Part shown: piece after piece, positions 49,346 to 59,140 of the stretch
Layout: every line of letters begins with the position of its first letter
Position numbering within the stretch: the stretch's first letter is position 1
Assembly: GCA_965223325.1 (NCBI GenBank)
Contig: CBDCWI010000002.1
Coordinates: 2,880,001-2,944,000 of the forward strand
Direction of reading: 5' to 3'
Length of the DNA: 64,000 nt
Source: Candidatus Multivoradales bacterium
GTDB taxonomy: Bacteria; Acidobacteriota; Thermoanaerobaculia; Multivoradales; Multivoraceae
Made by a program: the position numbers and the translations under genes
Notes under the pieces: generated by a model
Seen by the model: only the letters and a program-made list of their open reading frames with translations
Told to the model about the DNA's origin: nothing
Database searches by the model: none

Positions 49346-51015
49346 AAAGCCGGCTCGCTGTGGGTGGCGGCGCTTTGGCGCTCGCCTTTCTCTTCATGCT
49401 GCTGACAACCCTCGGCCAACCCTTGGCGGCCGACAACGAAATGCCGCCAGTGTTCGAAACCGCGCAAGGCTACTTCGCCGGTATGGCGATGAACGACGCC
49501 GACACCGTGCGCGGTTTCCTCGGCATTCCCTACGCTTTACCCCCGGTGGGTGACCTGCGCTTCAAACCACCGGTGAGAATCAAGGACTCCGGTTTCATCG
49601 AGGCCGTCGTACCGGGACCGATCTGTCCACAGCCTCCCTACCCAGCGAACTCGGTCTACGCCCGCCCGGCTGAGGAGCAAAACGAGGACTGCCTCTATCT
49701 CAACGTGTGGACCGGCGCAGAGGCGCAAAGCGATCGCTTGCCGGTGATGGTGTGGATCCACGGTGGCGGTCTGGCCCGTGGTTCTGGCAGTACCCCCGCC
49801 TACGATGGAACGAAACTGGCCGAGCGGGGTGTGGTCGTGGTATCGATCAACTACCGCCTCGGCGCTCTCGGCTACATGGCGCACCCTGCCCTCTCAGCGG
49901 AATCCGAGCACGGCTCCTCGGGCAACTACGGCGTGCTCGACCAGATCGAAGCGCTGCACTGGGTCAAGAACAACATTCACCATTTCGGCGGCGACGCCGA
50001 ACGGGTCCTGATTTTTGGTGAGTCGGCAGGTTCACGCTCGGTCGCCGCGCTCATGGCTTCGCCGCTGGCGCGCGGGCTGTTCCACCGCGTCATTGGCCAA
50101 AGCGGCGGCATGTTCGGGCCGATGGCGCGCCTGGCTCAGGATCGTCCAGGGCTTCCCGCGGCAGAGACCTCGGGGCAGGCGTTCGTTGACGCACTCGGCG
50201 CGCTGGACGGCCTCGACGAAGAAGCCAAGGGCGACCCGAAACAGGTCGCCCGAGCGTTGCGTGAGATCCCGGTCGAACGATTGATCGAGCGACCAACCAC
50301 CGTCACGGAAGGCTACGGCCCGAACGTCGACGGATGGATTCTTCCGCGCGAAGTCTTCGCTACTTTCAACGCCGGTGAGCAAGCCGATGTGCCGCTCATC
50401 GTGGGTTCAAACCGTGATGAGGCGACCGTGCTCGTCGGTCACTTGATTCCGGGCAGCCGAAAAGATCTCATGGCCTGGGCAGGAGAACGCTACGGTGCAC
50501 TCGGCGGTGAGCTCCTGGAGGTCTACCCGCCCCGGAACGCGAACGACCAGGCCAGACCTTTTCTCTCCGCGTACCGCGACGAGCGCTACACCTGGGAGAT
50601 GCGCACCTGGGCACGCGCCATGAGGCAGGTCTCGTCTCCGGCCTACATGTACCGCTTCAACCGCGCTCCACCGCTCGCCGGCAACGACAAGCTCGGCGCC
50701 TTTCACGCCGCCGAGATTCCCTACGCGTTCAACAACATCGAGAGCGTGAGTTGGCAACCCGCCGCCGTCGATCACAGGATCTCCGAGCTCATGGCGACCT
50801 GGTGGACGAACTTCGCAAAGACCGGCGACCCCAACCAAGGCAAGACCATCGCCGACTCACCGTCCTGGCCCGTCTTCGATGGTGAGGAGACCTACCTCGA
50901 GATCGGCGAGGACATCACCGTCGAGAAGAGACTCGCCGAGCGCGAGATCGACTGGATGGACCGGGTCTTCGACGCTCGGCGAGCTCTGTCGAACGACCAG
51001 GTTTCACACGACTGA
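49342..51015 (+). CDS. Secreted type-B carboxylesterase/lipase
   Basis: FLGIPYA.PPVGDLRF, EDCLYLNVW, WIHGGG, FGESAG, H.AEIPY, NFAKTGDPN. Confidence 0.95.
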   Translation: MKSRLAVGGGALALAFLFMLLTTLGQPLAADNEMPPVFETAQGYFAGMAMNDADTVRGFLGIPYALPPVGDLRFKPPVRIKDSGFIEAVVPGPICPQPPYPANSVYARPAEEQNEDCLYLNVWTGAEAQSDRLPVMVWIHGGGLARGSGSTPAYDGTKLAERGVVVVSINYRLGALGYMAHPALSAESEHGSSGNYGVLDQIEALHWVKNNIHHFGGDAERVLIFGESAGSRSVAALMASPLARGLFHRVIGQSGGMFGPMARLAQDRPGLPAAETSGQAFVDALGALDGLDEEAKGDPKQVARALREIPVERLIERPTTVTEGYGPNVDGWILPREVFATFNAGEQADVPLIVGSNRDEATVLVGHLIPGSRKDLMAWAGERYGALGGELLEVYPPRNANDQARPFLSAYRDERYTWEMRTWARAMRQVSSPAYMYRFNRAPPLAGNDKLGAFHAAEIPYAFNNIESVSWQPAAVDHRISELMATWWTNFAKTGDPNQGKTIADSPSWPVFDGEETYLEIGEDITVEKRLAEREIDWMDRVFDARRALSNDQVSHD

Positions 51016-51153
51016 TCTCCGTTCTACCGAGGGCGGGAGCTCCGGAGATCGTTCTGTATGGTCTAGTTGTCGTTCTCCCTTCGACAACTGGCTGCCGACG
51101 CACACGGCTTCTCCACGAGGCCGAGTTCTGAAGCGTCGCTGGAGGCCTCGCCG

Positions 51154-52491
51154 ATGAATCGTTTAGTCCAGCTCCTGGTTCGCTTCTTCCTGCGCTGGGT
51201 CCCCGACTCTTTCGTCGTTGCGGGAGTGCTCTCGCTTTTGACCTTTGTTCTCGCGGTCACGGCAGCGGGCTACGGCGTCGTGGACACCCTCGACGCCTGG
51301 GGTGACAGCTTCTGGAACCTCCTCGAGTTTACGAACCAGATCACGTTGACCCTGCTCTTCGGCTACGCGCTGGCGAACACTCCGCCGGTGCGGCGTGGCC
51401 TTCTCCGTCTCGCCGGTCTGGTGCGTTCGCCGACGATGGCCTACGCCGGCGCCTGCTTGGTCACCGGAGTGGCGGCCATGCTCTCCTGGGGGCTGAGCCT
51501 GATCGTCGCCGGGATCACCTCACGGGCGATCGGGGAAGCCTGCCGCCGCAACGGCGTCCAGGTGCACTATCCACTGCTGGTGGCTTCGGCGTTTTCGGGA
51601 TTCGTCATCTGGCATCAGGGCCTCTCCAGTTCGATTGGCCTGGTGCTGGCAACGCCCGGGCACTTCCTCGAAGATCGCATCGGGCTGGTTCCGGCCTCCG
51701 AAACGATCTTCAACATATGGAACTTCGGCCTCGCCTTTTTCGTGTTGGTGACCCTGCCAATCCTGATGTCGCGCCTGGCGCCCAAAGACCCGGGTGACAT
51801 CGAACCCATCCCCGAAGCGCTGATGCCCTCTGGCGACGGCACCGCCAAGACGAGCGGGGCCACGGCGCTCACCCCAGCCATGCGCCTGGAGCGTTCGCCG
51901 ATCCTCATGCTCTTGATGGTCGCCTGCGGCGGGTTCTACATCTACACCCACTTCATCGTGCGCGGCAACGGACTGACCCTCGACATCTTCAACTTCTTGT
52001 TCCTGGTCGTCGGCATCCTGCTCGCCGGCTCGCTGGTGCGCTACGTGCAAATCATCGTCGAAGGAGGCCAGGTGGCGGCGCCCTTCCTCCTGCAGTACCC
52101 CTTCTACTCGGGTATTGCGGGCGTCATGGGTGCCTCCGGCCTCGCCCAGATGGTGGTCAACTTCTTCGTGCGCATTTCAACTCCCGAGACCCTGCCCTTC
52201 TTCGCGTTCTTCAGCGGCGGCCTGCTCAACCTGTTCATTCCTTCCGGTGGAGGGCAATGGGCCGTACAGGGGCCGATCATTCTCGAAGCTGCCTTCGCCG
52301 TCGGTGCCGACATCCCGCGCACCGCGATGGGAGTCGCGCTCGGCGACCAGTGGACCAATCTCATCCAGCCGCTGGCGATCGTCCCGGTCCTCGCCATCGC
52401 CCAGATCCCTCTGTCGAAGATCATGGGCTATTGCTTCGTGGCGGTGATTTATACCGGAACGGTCTTCTCGCTGGCGCTCTTGTTGTTCTAG
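51154..52491 (+). CDS. atoE: Short-chain fatty acid transporter (AtoE/TIGR00366 family)
   Basis: WGDSFWNLL.F, VHYPLLVASA, LLQYPFYSGI, FIPSGGGQWAVQGP, GDQWTNLIQP. Confidence 0.88.
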   Translation: MNRLVQLLVRFFLRWVPDSFVVAGVLSLLTFVLAVTAAGYGVVDTLDAWGDSFWNLLEFTNQITLTLLFGYALANTPPVRRGLLRLAGLVRSPTMAYAGACLVTGVAAMLSWGLSLIVAGITSRAIGEACRRNGVQVHYPLLVASAFSGFVIWHQGLSSSIGLVLATPGHFLEDRIGLVPASETIFNIWNFGLAFFVLVTLPILMSRLAPKDPGDIEPIPEALMPSGDGTAKTSGATALTPAMRLERSPILMLLMVACGGFYIYTHFIVRGNGLTLDIFNFLFLVVGILLAGSLVRYVQIIVEGGQVAAPFLLQYPFYSGIAGVMGASGLAQMVVNFFVRISTPETLPFFAFFSGGLLNLFIPSGGGQWAVQGPIILEAAFAVGADIPRTAMGVALGDQWTNLIQPLAIVPVLAIAQIPLSKIMGYCFVAVIYTGTVFSLALLLF

Positions 52492-52560
52492 GTCGCCCTT
52501 CGAGGGTCCACCGGAACAGGCGAAACCCGGCGGCTACTGCTGTCCCTGCAATCGGTCCCG

Positions 52561-53094
52561 TCAATGATGCATCGACTGGCCCATCGCCAACGCCCGATGA
52601 TGGTTGCGATGGTGCTTGCCGAGGCTCAAGAAACCGAAGAGACCCAGCCCGCGAATGCGCGCCCTCTCTTCGTCCTGATCGCTTGCGAGAGTAAGAACAA
52701 GCGCATCCCCCCGGTCGTCGAGCTCGACGCTCCATCCACGGTACTTCCCCATCATCGCAACGTGCATCGGGAGCATGCGTCGGGCCGCCGCCATCACGCG
52801 ATCACTGCCCGTGACCTTTGCCGTGAGGCCAGAAGGCGTCTCGGCTTCGTCGACTTCGGCGTCCATCGTCAACCGATGCATATCAACCAGGTGCTCGCGC
52901 AAGGCACGGATGTCCACCTTGCTCCAGTCTGTCGCCGCGCTCTCAGTCAGCGAATCGACCGTTTCCGCGAGCGCGGCGAAGATGTCGTTACCGAGCTCGG
53001 TGGCTTGCGAATGAACCGAAGACGGAAGGGCACCGAAAAGGGCGAGGACGAGGACTACGAGCAAGGGAACGGCAGGCGACTTCTTTGCGATCAT
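52561..53094 (-). CDS. Exported His/Met-rich hypothetical protein (possible metal binding)
   Basis: Signal peptide; TDWSKVDI.ALREHLVDM, MLPMH, IRGLG.FG...GKHHRNHH..LAMG..MHH; AAGGAG RBS. Confidence 0.75.
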   Translation of the reverse strand: MIAKKSPAVPLLVVLVLALFGALPSSVHSQATELGNDIFAALAETVDSLTESAATDWSKVDIRALREHLVDMHRLTMDAEVDEAETPSGLTAKVTGSDRVMAAARRMLPMHVAMMGKYRGWSVELDDRGDALVLTLASDQDEERARIRGLGLFGFLSLGKHHRNHHRALAMGQSMHH

Positions 53095-53115
53095 AAAGCA
53101 CTCCTTTCACAAGGG

Positions 53116-53159
53116 ATGCTAGATCGGAGATGGCACTACAAGATATGACCTGGGTCAGA
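53116..53159 (-). promoter_or_regulatory. Class II Crp/Fnr-type promoter for the His-rich gene
   Basis: Plus-strand TATGA-cctggg-TCAGA (53144-53159) centred at about -42 relative to the -10 TAGCAT (53121-53116). Confidence 0.6.
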
Positions 53160-53774
53160 CTTTCCGCGCAGAATCACGCCGGGACCTGCCTTACGATCGA
53201 CCTCGAGCACGCCACGGTCTCTGAGATCTCCGAGTACCCGATAAACGGTCGCCTCGGCCAGGCCGAGGTCCCCGGCCAGGCCCCGCACCAACGCGACGCG
53301 CACCGCGCTCGCGCCATCTTCCTTTGGGTCGATTGGCTCGAAGTTCGACACGATGGCGACGTAGGCCAGGATTCTAGCCTCGGCGCTCGGTTCCAGTCTC
53401 ACCTCGAGGAGGGCGCGCAAGCGCCTTACTTCACGTGACAGTTCGCCCATGAAGGAAAGTGCAACCTCCGGCCGCTCACGAAACAGCGCCACGACCCGCG
53501 CCTGCTCGAATACACGCACCTGGCTCCTAAGCTCCGCGCGGCAGTCGCAGTGGTAACGCTCGGCATGGAGGGCTGCTTCGGCAACCCAAACGCCCGGTCC
53601 TGATCGCGCCAGGATCAATTCCCGCCCCAACGGGCTGACGCGTGCAAGAACGACCCGGCCGCTCTCGACCTGGAACAAGCGATCGGCAGGGTCATCGCGC
53701 CGGAAGAGATAGCCCCCACGCTCGAGCTCAACTACGCCGTCTGGCTCGAGGGCCCATGTCTCACATAGCGTCAA
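53136..53774 (-). CDS. Crp/Fnr family transcriptional regulator
   Basis: cNMP-binding fold LFRRDD...V.SG.V...G.E, YHCDC, C-terminal HTH LAGDLGLAEATVYRVL; GGAGG RBS before TTG. Confidence 0.88.
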   Translation of the reverse strand: MTLCETWALEPDGVVELERGGYLFRRDDPADRLFQVESGRVVLARVSPLGRELILARSGPGVWVAEAALHAERYHCDCRAELRSQVRVFEQARVVALFRERPEVALSFMGELSREVRRLRALLEVRLEPSAEARILAYVAIVSNFEPIDPKEDGASAVRVALVRGLAGDLGLAEATVYRVLGDLRDRGVLEVDRKAGPGVILRGKSDPGHIL

Positions 53775-54077
53775 TTCTTTGCACCTCCAAGCAGACCCTT
53801 AGTCCAGACAAACCTGGTACGGCTTGCGACCCGCAGGGCTACAATTCTGGCCCATGAGTCTGCTAGAACACCCAGCCCGCGGTCGGCGCCGCTCACTGCG
53901 CCGGGCGCTTCGATCAGGGCGCGCTACCCCGGGGCACCGGCGGGAGCCGGCGAGATCGGACCTCGCGGAGTCATGGGTACCGAGCGCGAGAATTCAGGTA
54001 GAAATCATCCCCAGGCCATGGCCGGAGGTCGCCTCTATCGATGAGAATCCCTGTCGAACCCTGACTGGAGAATCTCT

Positions 54078-54686
54078 ATGAGCAACTCACCTCCCGCGAT
54101 TCGCTTCTTGCCCTCGGACTCGTTGGTACGATTCGTAGTGCTGGTCGGCGTCGTTTCCGTTGGCGCTCTGTTGCCCGTCGGGTCGGTCGCTGAAGGCCAG
54201 CCTCACGACGAAACGGAGCACGCGGTGCCGGCCTGGTTTCTCGAGCACATCGACTACTCCACTCGCGACGGCGGACGCTTTGTCGCCGACAACCAGACGT
54301 ACCGCTCCGACGCCGAACCCTTCGACGCCTACGTCACCGAGTGGACGAAGGGAGTTGGTGGTTTGAGCCTGCGTGGGCGCATGTTTGCCATGCGCGACGG
54401 GAAAGACGTCGGGACCATGTGGGAGTTCGTCAGCGTCTGGGACCCGGGTACGCAGCGTGTCAAGGCCTTCCAGTTTGGTTCCGATGGCACCTTCGGCGAG
54501 GGCACCATGATCTCGATGGGCGAAGGAAGACACCGCATCACCCAGGAGTTCTGGCGTCCCGACGGAACGAGTTTCAAGGTCGGCCACGACGGTAGGGACA
54601 CGGCCGAAGGGCAAGAGGCCGCGTCGTTCGACATCGGGACCGACGGCTCGTGGAGTCCGCGCCGGTCCTACCTGTTTCGGCGCTAG
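54078..54686 (+). CDS. Exported hypothetical protein (beta-barrel-like)
   Basis: GGAG RBS, N-terminal hydrophobic segment, coding-like codon usage. Confidence 0.7.
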   Translation: MSNSPPAIRFLPSDSLVRFVVLVGVVSVGALLPVGSVAEGQPHDETEHAVPAWFLEHIDYSTRDGGRFVADNQTYRSDAEPFDAYVTEWTKGVGGLSLRGRMFAMRDGKDVGTMWEFVSVWDPGTQRVKAFQFGSDGTFGEGTMISMGEGRHRITQEFWRPDGTSFKVGHDGRDTAEGQEAASFDIGTDGSWSPRRSYLFRR

Positions 54687-54719
54687 CTGGCCGAAGCTGC
54701 CCCTAGCAGAGGAGTCGCG

Positions 54720-55817
54720 CTACGGCGTGTCGAGCCGTTCGAAGACCTCGAGCAACTGGCCGAGCTTCTCGAGCGTCACCACGCCCAATAGCTTGTCGTC
54801 TTCCTGGACCAGAAGGGCGGCACTGTCGGTGGTCTGCAACAAATCGAGGACGCGATCGAGCGAGGCGTCGGGAGGCAGGGTCGCAAACTCGCGATTCATC
54901 GCATCGAGCACTGCACCGTCGCGACCATACTCGGCGAGACCCTGCAGCAGGCTCGGACGGTCGAGCAGGCCGGCGACCCGACCCCACGCGTCGACGACCG
55001 GGAAATCACGCTGATGGGTGGCGAGTAAGAGGCGAGTGGCCCACTCGAGAGAGTCCTGGGGCTGCAGCGTTTCGATCCTGGTCATCATCGCGTCGCGCGC
55101 AGTATGGCCACTGACGCGCGAGCGCGTCCGCTGCGCTGCCAGTTCACGGTTGGCCGCACCGAGGATCACGAACCCCAGGAGCAGGAGAATCAGTCGCCAG
55201 CCAACGTCGGCGATCGGGCCGATGACGGCCACGATCCCGAAGCCGAAAGCGAAGGCCTGCGACAGTGCGACGGTCAAGCGGGTCGCTTGCGCCTCGGCAA
55301 TGCCAAGGGCCAGAAAGCCGCGCAGCGCACGCCCACCATCGAGAGGCAGGGCCGGCAGGAGATTGAAGAGAAAGAGCAGCAGGTTCGCGTTGGCTAGAGC
55401 GGTGAGGACAAACCCCACCCGCCCAAGGTCGGGATCAGGCGCCAGGCTGCCGGTGGTCAAGAGCGCCAGGATCGAGAACAAGACGCACAGGATCAGATTG
55501 ATCAAAGGCCCCGCCAGAGCAACCATGAGCTCCGCTAGACCACGCGGCGCTCGCGCTAGCCGAGTGATACCTCCGAAGGGATAGAGCACGATCTCGCGGG
55601 CTTCGATGCCGTAGAAGCGCGCCGCCATCGAATGCCCGAGTTCGTGCAGGATCACGCACAGAACGACCAGCCCGAGGATCAAGAGCCAGGTCCCCACATC
55701 TTCTTCGCGACTCGACGCCCAGGGCACGATCCAGATCGCCAACAATACGAAGGTGACGTGCAACTTGAGCGGGACACCGAAGAGGGTGCCAATCGGCAAA
55801 CTGAAGCGTTGCGTCAT
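54720..55817 (-). CDS. Site-2 protease (M50) with CBS domains
   Basis: LHELGHS, ALAGP, FNLLPALPLDGGR; C-terminal CBS pair. Confidence 0.93.
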   Translation of the reverse strand: MTQRFSLPIGTLFGVPLKLHVTFVLLAIWIVPWASSREEDVGTWLLILGLVVLCVILHELGHSMAARFYGIEAREIVLYPFGGITRLARAPRGLAELMVALAGPLINLILCVLFSILALLTTGSLAPDPDLGRVGFVLTALANANLLLFLFNLLPALPLDGGRALRGFLALGIAEAQATRLTVALSQAFAFGFGIVAVIGPIADVGWRLILLLLGFVILGAANRELAAQRTRSRVSGHTARDAMMTRIETLQPQDSLEWATRLLLATHQRDFPVVDAWGRVAGLLDRPSLLQGLAEYGRDGAVLDAMNREFATLPPDASLDRVLDLLQTTDSAALLVQEDDKLLGVVTLEKLGQLLEVFERLDTP

Positions 55818-57049
55818 GTCGAGCCGCCATCAGCCGCGGTTTCCACCCACTGCGCCAGGCGCTCGAGGCCTCGATCGATCGTGGCCTCAGACACCGCGAA
55901 CGAGAACCTGAGGTACCCGGGCGCTCCGAAGGCACTGCCGGGAACCGTGGCAATGCCGGCTTCCTCGAGCAGGCGGTCGGCCAGAGCGGCATCGTCAGCC
56001 GCGAGGCCACTGGCACCGAGAGCGCCCTCGACATTCGGCAGCAGGTAGATCGAGCCCTCGGGCGGACGGCAACTGAAACCTGGCAAGGCATCGAGCCCAA
56101 GCGCCAGGCGTTCTCTGCGCTCGCGATAGAGCGCCACGACGGGATCCTCGCCCGCATCAACTGGCGGCCGGCTTGCGAGTGCAGCGACGGCACCATGCAT
56201 GGCAAAGGTCGCGGGGTGCGTGACCGCGTGACCCTGGAGCCGGGCTACGCCGGCAAGAACCGCCGGCGCGCAGAGCAGGTAGCCCACCCGCCAACCCGTC
56301 ATCGCGTAGCTCTTGGAAAAGGTCCCGACCAGCGCGACAGTCTCTGGAAAGGCGGAGGCTAGTTCCGCAGCGCTCGCATGCGCACCCTCGAAGACGTAGC
56401 GCTCGTAGGCCTCGTCCGAGACAAGGAGAGCAGAGCGCTCAGCGCAGGCCGCGGCGAGCTCCTCGAACCCGGCCGCCGAGAGCAGCCGACCGGTCGGGTT
56501 CCCCGGCGAGTTGACGACCACCGCGCGGGTCTTCTCGGTCATCGCTGCACGAATCCTCGAGACATCAAGGGCAAAGTGATCTGCCGCCGACATCTCGACG
56601 TTCACCGGCACCCCTCCGGCGATCCTGACCTGGGCGGCAAAGCTCACCCAGGTCGGCGACGGAATCACGACCTCGTCTCCGGGGGCGATGGTTGCCAGAG
56701 CGAGTTGAAAAAGCGCCGCCTTGCCGCCGACGGTGATCAGACTGTCGTCGGTACCGCGCCAGGGCGAGCCGTGGCGCTCGCGATGCCAAGCCGCCACCGA
56801 CTCCCGCAGGCTGGGCAGACCGCGGACCGAGCCGTAGCGCGTCGCGCCGGTTTCGAGGGCGTTTGCTGCAGCCGCCACCGCAGCGCGGGGGCTGTCATGC
56901 GCCGGCTCTCCGGGCCCGAAATCGAGCACCTCGATGCCCTTGCGGCCGAGCGCTCGTGCCTTTTCGGCGAGCTTCAGGGTGGCGGAGGGAGACAAGCCAC
57001 CGACCCCGGGAGACAGGCGGCCGGCACGGGAACTGGCGGCCTGCGACAT
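55814..57049 (-). CDS. Class I/II PLP-dependent aminotransferase (aspartate aminotransferase-like)
   Basis: GEP, NSPGNPTG, SDEAY, FSKSYAMTGWRVGY, PGSAFG..GYLRFSFA. Start set at ATG 57049 (alternative 57058). Confidence 0.93.
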   Translation of the reverse strand: MSQAASSRAGRLSPGVGGLSPSATLKLAEKARALGRKGIEVLDFGPGEPAHDSPRAAVAAAANALETGATRYGSVRGLPSLRESVAAWHRERHGSPWRGTDDSLITVGGKAALFQLALATIAPGDEVVIPSPTWVSFAAQVRIAGGVPVNVEMSAADHFALDVSRIRAAMTEKTRAVVVNSPGNPTGRLLSAAGFEELAAACAERSALLVSDEAYERYVFEGAHASAAELASAFPETVALVGTFSKSYAMTGWRVGYLLCAPAVLAGVARLQGHAVTHPATFAMHGAVAALASRPPVDAGEDPVVALYRERRERLALGLDALPGFSCRPPEGSIYLLPNVEGALGASGLAADDAALADRLLEEAGIATVPGSAFGAPGYLRFSFAVSEATIDRGLERLAQWVETAADGGST

Positions 57050-57243
57050 GCGCCGCATGCTAGCATCAGGGGCTCGCCGCCGGCCCCTTCCTGGGCATCA
57101 GATGCCCTTCTTTTCGGGCCTCCATCGCCGCCCTCGCACCGCCTACCGGGAACGGCCGGCCAGGAACCTCCAAAGGCCAAAACGGGTCCTAGCTGGTGAA
57201 CGAAGGGATCCAGAGGCGCCCCTTCGACGGACAAGAACTCAGT

Positions 57244-59133
57244 ATGGAACGGCCCCTCAAGAATTCCGGACGAACGCGCTCACTCGCCATGTGCCTGGCT
57301 ATGGGCCTCGTCATCGCCAGTTCGGGACTCGAGGCGCAGATCCGCCGGGTTCACAAGTCGACCCTCGAGCTCGCCCTCGACCGGGTGTCGTACGCGCCCG
57401 GAGATACCGCCCGGCTGGCCGCCGTCGTCACCGTCGAGGACGGCTGGCATATCCAGAGCAACACGCCGAGCCTCGAGTATCTGATTCCAACCGAGTTCTC
57501 GCTCACTACGCCGCCCAACTGGGGCACAGCGGAGGTCAGCTACCCGGAGCACCGCATGTGGCAGGCCGGCTTCGCTTCCGAGAAGCTGGCTGTCTTCGAC
57601 GGCCAAACGCTGATTCACGCAACCTTCCAGATTCCCGAGGACGCAACGGTCGGCTCCACCCCGCTCGACGGCTCGCTCTTCTACCAGGCCTGTGACGACC
57701 GGGTCTGTCTTCCGCCCATCGACCTCGAAGCCTTCGTCGTTTTGACGGTCGGCGAACGCGGAGAAGAGAACGCGCCCCACCTTTTTACTTCGACTGCTTC
57801 GGACAGTTCGGGCACGCCCGGTCCTCGAGATGACAAGAAGGGCGCTGCTCCGCTAAGCGCCGGCCGTCTGCTGGTCATTCTTGGCCTGGGTGTTCTCGGT
57901 GGTCTGATTCTCAACGCGATGCCCTGTGTCCTCCCGGTCCTGTCGCTCAAGGTCTTTGGCCTCGTCCAGGACGCCGGCCATGGCACCGGCTATGTGCGTC
58001 GCGGCAGTCTCGCCACGGCCTTCGGCATCCTGGTTTCCTTCTGGGTGCTTGCGGGGCTCGCCATTGCAGCGCGCAGCGCCGGCGAGGCGGTCGGCTGGGG
58101 TATTCAGTTCCAGAACCCGGTGTTCGTCGCTGCCCTGACAGCTGTAATGGTCCTGTTTTGCCTCAACCTCTGGGGGCTGTTCGAGGTGCCACTGCCACGC
58201 TTCTTGTCCTCGGTTGCCAGCCAGGGCGAGAACAAAGACATAGCGGGACACTTCTCGACTGGGCTCTTTGCAACCTTGATGGCGACGCCGTGTTCGGCTC
58301 CCTTTCTCGGTATCGCGATCGGTTTCGCGCTCAGCCAGCCTGCCATGCTCACTCTCCTGGTGTTCACGGCGGTTGGCGTTGGAATGGCACTGCCTTACCT
58401 GTTGCTCGCCGCAGCTCCGGGTGCTGCCTCCATCCTGCCCCGCCCCGGCGCCTGGATGGAAACGCTCAAGGGTGCGATGGGTTTCCTCCTGGCGGGTACC
58501 GCAGTGTGGCTGCTCTACATTCTCGCCGGCCAACTCTCGAGCGCCCGTCTCGCGCTGGTCGAAGGAGGGCTGCTCGCACTAGCCGGCGGCGTCTGGCTAC
58601 GATCCGGCGCCACTGGCAAGGTGGCGAGAGTCGTAGGGTTGGTCGGGGCGATCGCAGCGGTGGTCGCGACCCTGGCCATCGCCCATACGGGGCGGGGAAT
58701 CTCAGCGGGCGAGCGAGCGCCTCTCCAGCTCTTGACATGGGAGAGCTTCGATCGCGCCCGGGCCGAGCGCCTGGCCGCTGAAGAAGGCCGTCTGGTTTTT
58801 GTTGACGTCACTGCTGACTGGTGCGCGACCTGCAAAGTCAACGAGCGTGTGGTTCTCGAGACCGAACCGATTCGCGATTTGTTCGATAGGCACGACGTGT
58901 TGACCATGAAGGCCGACTGGACCAACCGCAACGATGAGATTGCCACCTTCTTGGCCGACTTCGGGCGCTATGCGATTCCGTTCTACGTGCTGTATCGTCC
59001 GGGGCAAGAGCCGCATGTCTTCGGCGAACTGCTAACTCGCTCGACGGTCGTCGATGTCGTCGAAGAGACCGCCCTTGCCATTGCAGCCGCGTCCTCCGAC
59101 GAGCAAGACGGAGTCCCTCGCCCAGCGGGTTGA
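57244..59133 (+). CDS. dsbD: Thiol:disulfide interchange protein DsbD family
   Basis: N-domain GWHI..YQACDDRVCLPP; TM domain LNAMPCVLPVLSLK and ATPCSAPFLG; C-terminal TADWCATCKVNE. Start uncertain. Confidence 0.9.
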   Translation: MERPLKNSGRTRSLAMCLAMGLVIASSGLEAQIRRVHKSTLELALDRVSYAPGDTARLAAVVTVEDGWHIQSNTPSLEYLIPTEFSLTTPPNWGTAEVSYPEHRMWQAGFASEKLAVFDGQTLIHATFQIPEDATVGSTPLDGSLFYQACDDRVCLPPIDLEAFVVLTVGERGEENAPHLFTSTASDSSGTPGPRDDKKGAAPLSAGRLLVILGLGVLGGLILNAMPCVLPVLSLKVFGLVQDAGHGTGYVRRGSLATAFGILVSFWVLAGLAIAARSAGEAVGWGIQFQNPVFVAALTAVMVLFCLNLWGLFEVPLPRFLSSVASQGENKDIAGHFSTGLFATLMATPCSAPFLGIAIGFALSQPAMLTLLVFTAVGVGMALPYLLLAAAPGAASILPRPGAWMETLKGAMGFLLAGTAVWLLYILAGQLSSARLALVEGGLLALAGGVWLRSGATGKVARVVGLVGAIAAVVATLAIAHTGRGISAGERAPLQLLTWESFDRARAERLAAEEGRLVFVDVTADWCATCKVNERVVLETEPIRDLFDRHDVLTMKADWTNRNDEIATFLADFGRYAIPFYVLYRPGQEPHVFGELLTRSTVVDVVEETALAIAAASSDEQDGVPRPAG

Positions 59134-59140
59134 CCGACTC

